From contig OZ220744.1 in NCBI GenBank assembly GCA_965116925.1, positions 1,600,001 through 1,664,000 on the forward strand: 64,000 bases of DNA, written 5' to 3'. The position numbers were made by a program, and so were the translations under genes. Numbering within the stretch: position 1 is the stretch's first letter; each line of letters starts with the position of its first letter. The notes beneath the pieces were generated by a model. That model did not search any database, had not been told where the DNA came from, and was given only the letters and a program-made list of their open reading frames with translations. The stretch comes from Candidatus Poribacteria bacterium (GTDB lineage: Bacteria > Poribacteria > WGA-4E > PCPOR2b). Shown here piece after piece: positions 60,129 to 64,000 of this stretch.

Positions 60129-61037
60129 CTACTCCCATGAAATACTCTCCATAGTAATATGTAAATCTCGTTCTGTAGGAATAGTATAAACAGAAGTTGT
60201 ATTGATGTTAGAATGCCCTAATATTTTTGCAACCCTATCAATGGATTGCCCGGCATCAATAAGATTCTTTGCACAGGTATGCCTAAATACATGTGGAGAC
60301 AAGTTGTCTATTTTTGCGTTATAGGCATATTTCTGTATGATGTAGCGAACACCACGATCCGTCAGGGGCATCCGTTTCTGTCCGTAAAACAGAAAACGGT
60401 CTCGTTCAGGATTTGAACCAGCTACCGACATCATCTCTCCGTTGCTATTAAGTGACTTCAGATAATCCCTCAGAACACCTATGGCAGTTGAGTTTAATGG
60501 GATATTGCGCCGTTTTGTTCCCTTGCCCTCGCGAACTGTAACCATATTACTATTTGTTGATATTCTAATATCAGAAACTCTTAAATTACAAAGTTCGCTA
60601 ACACGCATGCCGGTATGCAGCAGCATTGTAATAATTGCTAAATCTCTCATATTTCCCGATCTACGTACTGCTCTTAGTAATCCCAGTTGCTCTTTGCGTT
60701 CGAGTGCCCGTGGTGCAAGCGGTTCTTCGGCAACACTCCGTATACCTTCGGCGGGGTTACTCGGAATAAGGTCGTGTTGTTGTGCCCACTGGCAGAAGCT
60801 TGATATACTAATCAAACTACGATTAATCGTTGATGGCTTCTTACCCCGGTCCAGCAGTGCATTCCGATAGTCAATTATCTCCATCGGAGTGACGTTTTCA
60901 AGATTCAGCGGTTCCCCGGTGATCTGTTGGAACCACCGTGAAAATGAGTTGAGATCTGCCATGTACGCCTTGATAGTTTGTTCGGACTTATCCTGATCAT
61001 AAAGATAATCGCGATAATCCTGTAATAAATCGTCCAA
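60129..61037 (-). CDS. Tyrosine recombinase (XerC/D-like)
   Basis: SAM-like N-domain (SEQTIKAY, PSTINR), TGMRVSEL, GKG.KRR, PHVFRHT, LGH, TSVY. AAGGAGG favours a TTG start at 61037; the ORF-track ATG is at 61061. Confidence 0.93.
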   Translation of the reverse strand: MDDLLQDYRDYLYDQDKSEQTIKAYMADLNSFSRWFQQITGEPLNLENVTPMEIIDYRNALLDRGKKPSTINRSLISISSFCQWAQQHDLIPSNPAEGIRSVAEEPLAPRALERKEQLGLLRAVRRSGNMRDLAIITMLLHTGMRVSELCNLRVSDIRISTNSNMVTVREGKGTKRRNIPLNSTAIGVLRDYLKSLNSNGEMMSVAGSNPERDRFLFYGQKRMPLTDRGVRYIIQKYAYNAKIDNLSPHVFRHTCAKNLIDAGQSIDRVAKILGHSNINTTSVYTIPTERDLHITMESISWE

Positions 61038-61050
61038 TTTTCGTACCTCC

Positions 61051-61176
61051 TTATCGGACATTTTTTTTGAGAATTCAGTGTTTATGGGGGTTAGAACGCC
61101 GTAATGTTGGGATTCGTTTCACTTATCGGATATTTTTCGGGGAAATAATGTCCGATAAGATTAGTTATCGGACATT
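61051..61176. other. Putative recombination site: dif-like 12-6-12 core plus direct-repeat arms
   Basis: AATGTCCGATAA-GATTAG-TTATCGGACATT (61147-61176); extra arms TTATCGGATATT (61123-61134) and TTATCGGACATT (61051-61062). Confidence 0.75.
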
Positions 61177-61301
61177 TTACGGAAGAAGGGGTAGTAGTTA
61201 GTATTAAAATGGCTGATTTTATGATTTTACCGTAAATTCGATTCCACATCAATACTTTTCTCGTCACTCATTCGCAGGTTTGTTCGTTTATGTGTTTGGA
61301 C

Positions 61302-61330
61302 TTGACATCAAATTCGATGAATGCTATCAT
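61302..61330 (+). promoter_or_regulatory. Sigma-70-type promoter for ruvX-mltG
   Basis: TTGACA-17 bp-TATCAT with extended TG. Confidence 0.6.
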
Positions 61331-61444
61331 CCAAATATCAAGTACTTTGATGAACAGATAGAACCATTACTGCTCCCGCAAGCGAACGCGAGTGATGATG
61401 GTGGTTATATTAACTCTCAAAATTGTGAATCATGTTTCACCATT

Positions 61445-61903
61445 ATGTCAATCATTCTTGGGTTAGATATTGGCGATGTACGAACTGGTGTCGCCATCAG
61501 TGATGAATTAGGTATTGCTGCCCATCCACTCTGCACAATTCAACGGAAAAGTAGAAACGCCGTGCTAGCAGAGTTACGGGAATTGGTTACTGCCCACAAA
61601 GTCGAGCAGATTGTCGTAGGATTGCCACTTCAACTCGATGGTGAAACAGGGAGGCAAGCGAAAAAGGTAAAACGGTTTGCAGAAAAATTAAAGCAGCAAG
61701 TCAATCTGCCAATTATTTTCTGGGACGAAAGTTTTACCACCGTTGAAGCTGCACAGATCTTGCGGGGGACCAAAAAACGGCGGAAGAAACGGAAGCAGGT
61801 TATAGATCAGGTTGCCGCTGTACTGATTCTTGACGGATATTTGGAGGAACTACGCAATTCACGCGGGAAAGGTCAAGTCAACGAGTATGAATCATGCCAT
61901 TAA
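61445..61903 (+). CDS. ruvX: Holliday junction resolvase-like / pre-16S rRNA nuclease YqgF
   Basis: LGLDIG..RTGVAISD, IVVGLP, WDE.FTT, IDQVAAVLIL; start reassigned to MSIIL. Confidence 0.92.
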   Translation: MSIILGLDIGDVRTGVAISDELGIAAHPLCTIQRKSRNAVLAELRELVTAHKVEQIVVGLPLQLDGETGRQAKKVKRFAEKLKQQVNLPIIFWDESFTTVEAAQILRGTKKRRKKRKQVIDQVAAVLILDGYLEELRNSRGKGQVNEYESCH

Positions 61904-61974
61904 CGGATTATTACACATACGTTCTAATCCATACACCGATTTTAAATTACTTGACTTTTTTGGAATAGACCTCA

Positions 61975-63021
61975 ATGAAATCACCAAATCTCCGCAAAAA
62001 CGTGCCGTGGTATATTTCGATCATTCTCTTTAGCATATCAATCCTCAGTAGTTTCGCAATTTTAATCACGATATTCTATATGGTGCGCTATTTAGCCCCT
62101 GTCGATGCAAATGCCAAACCTGTGGAGTTAAAAATTGTTCGTGGCATGAGTTCACAGGCAATAGCGGATCAGCTTGCCCATAATAAGTTAATTCACAATC
62201 CATGGGCTTTCCTGTTTGTTTCTCATTTCAGTGATGCAAATCACCGATTACAGGTAGGAACTTATCGTCTCAGCGGAGCAATGAGTATACCACAGATTAT
62301 TGACCACCTCAAAACTGGGAAAGTGGTCATGCAACAATTTGTGGTGCCTGAGGGTTTAACGGTTGTGCAAATTGGGAAACTTTGGCAAAAAGCTGGATTT
62401 GGAACAGCGGCAGCGTTCAACCAAGCCGCGAGCGACCCAAAGTGGCTGCACAAATATAGAATCGAAGGGAACACACTAGAGGGCTACCTATTTCCAAATA
62501 CATACCAATTTCCTGATGGTGCAACACCGCAGGCGATCATCCAGATAATGCTGGCGGAATTTGACCGACGATGGACGGTTGAGTTCACTGAGGAAGCCAA
62601 GGCACTCGGATTCTCCAAACATCAGATTATTACACTAGCTTCTATTATTGAGGCAGAGGCACGAGTCTCAGATGAACGTCCTTTAGTTTCTGCTGTTTTT
62701 CACAATCGCCTGCGTCGCGGTTGGAAACTTCAAGCGGATCCAACTGCGCTCTACGGTTTGGGAAATCCGGATCGACCGCCCAGAGCAGCAGATCTTAGAG
62801 TTGATTCACCTTATAACACCTATATTCATAAGGGGTTACCACCGGGACCTATCTGCAATCCGGGTATGGCTTCAATTTTAGCAGCACTCCGTCCTACTTC
62901 AGTTGATTACATGTACTTCGTTGCTATAGGTGATGGCAGGCATCATTTTTCTAAGACATTAAGGGAACATCAAAACATGATCAACAAAATAAGGCGGAAT
63001 CGCAGGTCGATTGCCGATTGA
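61975..63021 (+). CDS. mltG: Endolytic transglycosylase
   Basis: N-terminal TM, VPEG, LEGYLFP.TY, LASIIE.E, NRL, LQADPT, SPYNTY, GLPPGPI.NPG. Confidence 0.96.
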   Translation: MKSPNLRKNVPWYISIILFSISILSSFAILITIFYMVRYLAPVDANAKPVELKIVRGMSSQAIADQLAHNKLIHNPWAFLFVSHFSDANHRLQVGTYRLSGAMSIPQIIDHLKTGKVVMQQFVVPEGLTVVQIGKLWQKAGFGTAAAFNQAASDPKWLHKYRIEGNTLEGYLFPNTYQFPDGATPQAIIQIMLAEFDRRWTVEFTEEAKALGFSKHQIITLASIIEAEARVSDERPLVSAVFHNRLRRGWKLQADPTALYGLGNPDRPPRAADLRVDSPYNTYIHKGLPPGPICNPGMASILAALRPTSVDYMYFVAIGDGRHHFSKTLREHQNMINKIRRNRRSIAD

Positions 63022-63140
63022 AAAGAATCTGAATATGGAGACCACACGCCTACAACTCCAGATTAGATGTCGCCCAAGTGTACATGAACGCTTCAACTGA
63101 CAATTATTAATCTCCAACCACACGAAAGGGCATACACCTT

Positions 63141-64000
63141 TTGGCTTCACAACAGACTATTCAAAATGAGGTAACTATCTCAGGAACCGGTTTGATGCTT
63201 GGCGAGCCAGTCAACCTCACATTCAAGCCGGCACCAGCAGATCACGGTATTGTGTTTCATCGGATAGATCTGCCCGAAGAACCGACAGTCCAAGTCTGCC
63301 CCGATAACTACGAGGCAATCATTCCCCGCTGTACAAGCCTCCGCGCCGGGGATGCGGCGGTCAACAGCGTTGAACATCTGTTGTCCGCATTAGCTGGCAT
63401 GGGCATCGATAACCTGCAAGTCGATATCGATGCGCCAGAGTGCCCAGCGTTAGACGGCAGTGCATTACCGTATGTCCAGATCCTGCAGCGGGCAGAGATA
63501 ATCCAACAAGATGCCCCACGCGCCCCCATTGAGTTGACAGACCCGTTCGCCGCTTATGACGAGGACAAACAGCTCATCCTACTCCCCGCGGATTCTTTTC
63601 AAATATCCTTTGTGTACGATCATCCGAAACTTCCTGCTCAAGTTGCGAACCTCACGATAGATCCAGAAACCTACATGACTGAAATTGCGCCTGCACGCAG
63701 TTTTTGCTTTGCTGACGAAATCGAATTGCTTAGAGACCAAGGGATCGGCAAGGGAGCAAGTTATGATAATGTCCTTGTTATTGAAGATGATGGACGCACC
63801 AGTAGCGAATTGAGGTTTGCAAATGAGTTTGTCCGGCATAAAATGCTAGACTTGATTGGTGATCTTTACTTAGTCGGAAAACTACCCCAAGCCCAAGTCG
63901 TTGCGCTAAAGTCGGGGCATACGCTTCACGCACAACTTATCCTATCAATGGTGGAGAAAGGACTGATACAACAGCAAGAGCCTATTGAAATTATGGATAT
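63141..64000 (+). CDS. lpxC: UDP-3-O-acyl-GlcNAc deacetylase, probably LpxC/FabZ bifunctional (3'-truncated; absent from ORF track)
   Basis: Translated by hand from TTG 63141: QQTIQ...SGTGL, PAP..GIVF.R.DL, SVEHLLSAL...IDN, LDGSA, EIAPARSF, RHKMLDLIGDL, SGH. The frame stays open past the LpxC domain. Confidence 0.93.
   Translation, partial: MASQQTIQNEVTISGTGLMLGEPVNLTFKPAPADHGIVFHRIDLPEEPTVQVCPDNYEAIIPRCTSLRAGDAAVNSVEHLLSALAGMGIDNLQVDIDAPECPALDGSALPYVQILQRAEIIQQDAPRAPIELTDPFAAYDEDKQLILLPADSFQISFVYDHPKLPAQVANLTIDPETYMTEIAPARSFCFADEIELLRDQGIGKGASYDNVLVIEDDGRTSSELRFANEFVRHKMLDLIGDLYLVGKLPQAQVVALKSGHTLHAQLILSMVEKGLIQQQEPIEIMD

Noticed and set aside
59603..61200. Prophage or integrative element around the recombinase
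   Set aside because: No phage, conjugation or transposase genes, no tRNA target, and no flanking att duplication seen.
1..64000. tRNA, rRNA or CRISPR arrays
   Set aside because: None recognised by eye in any intergenic region.

Overview
Bacterial chromosomal window, most likely from Candidatus Poribacteria. This is an inference from several secreted proteins ending in an LLxNYPNPFNPETWIP.../FlgD-like module; lipid A/LPS genes show a diderm envelope. The backbone is housekeeping and catabolic genes: mobA-moeA, gpmI, pspA, ribD, archease, rnj, dusB, tsaD-tsaC, ruvX-mltG-lpxC, hydrolases, transporters and secreted proteases, with REP/MITE-like elements between genes. The standout is a ~15 kb nitrous-oxide-reduction island (about 25.5-40.3 kb). 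It holds a globin-coupled histidine kinase, an NtrC-type sigma-54 activator, three near-perfect sigma-54 promoters and helically phased TGACA-N3-TGTCA boxes. It also holds a clade II nosZ, a single 1155-aa ORF fusing NosB-NosB'-NosD-(TM)-NosF, then nosY, nosL and a cupredoxin-like protein. A second notable module is a lone tyrosine recombinase preceded by a perfect 12-6-12 dif-like inverted repeat plus direct copies of the same arm. A 5'-nucleotidase gene is broken by an out-of-frame internal deletion. All calls come from reading motifs by eye; no database searches were run.
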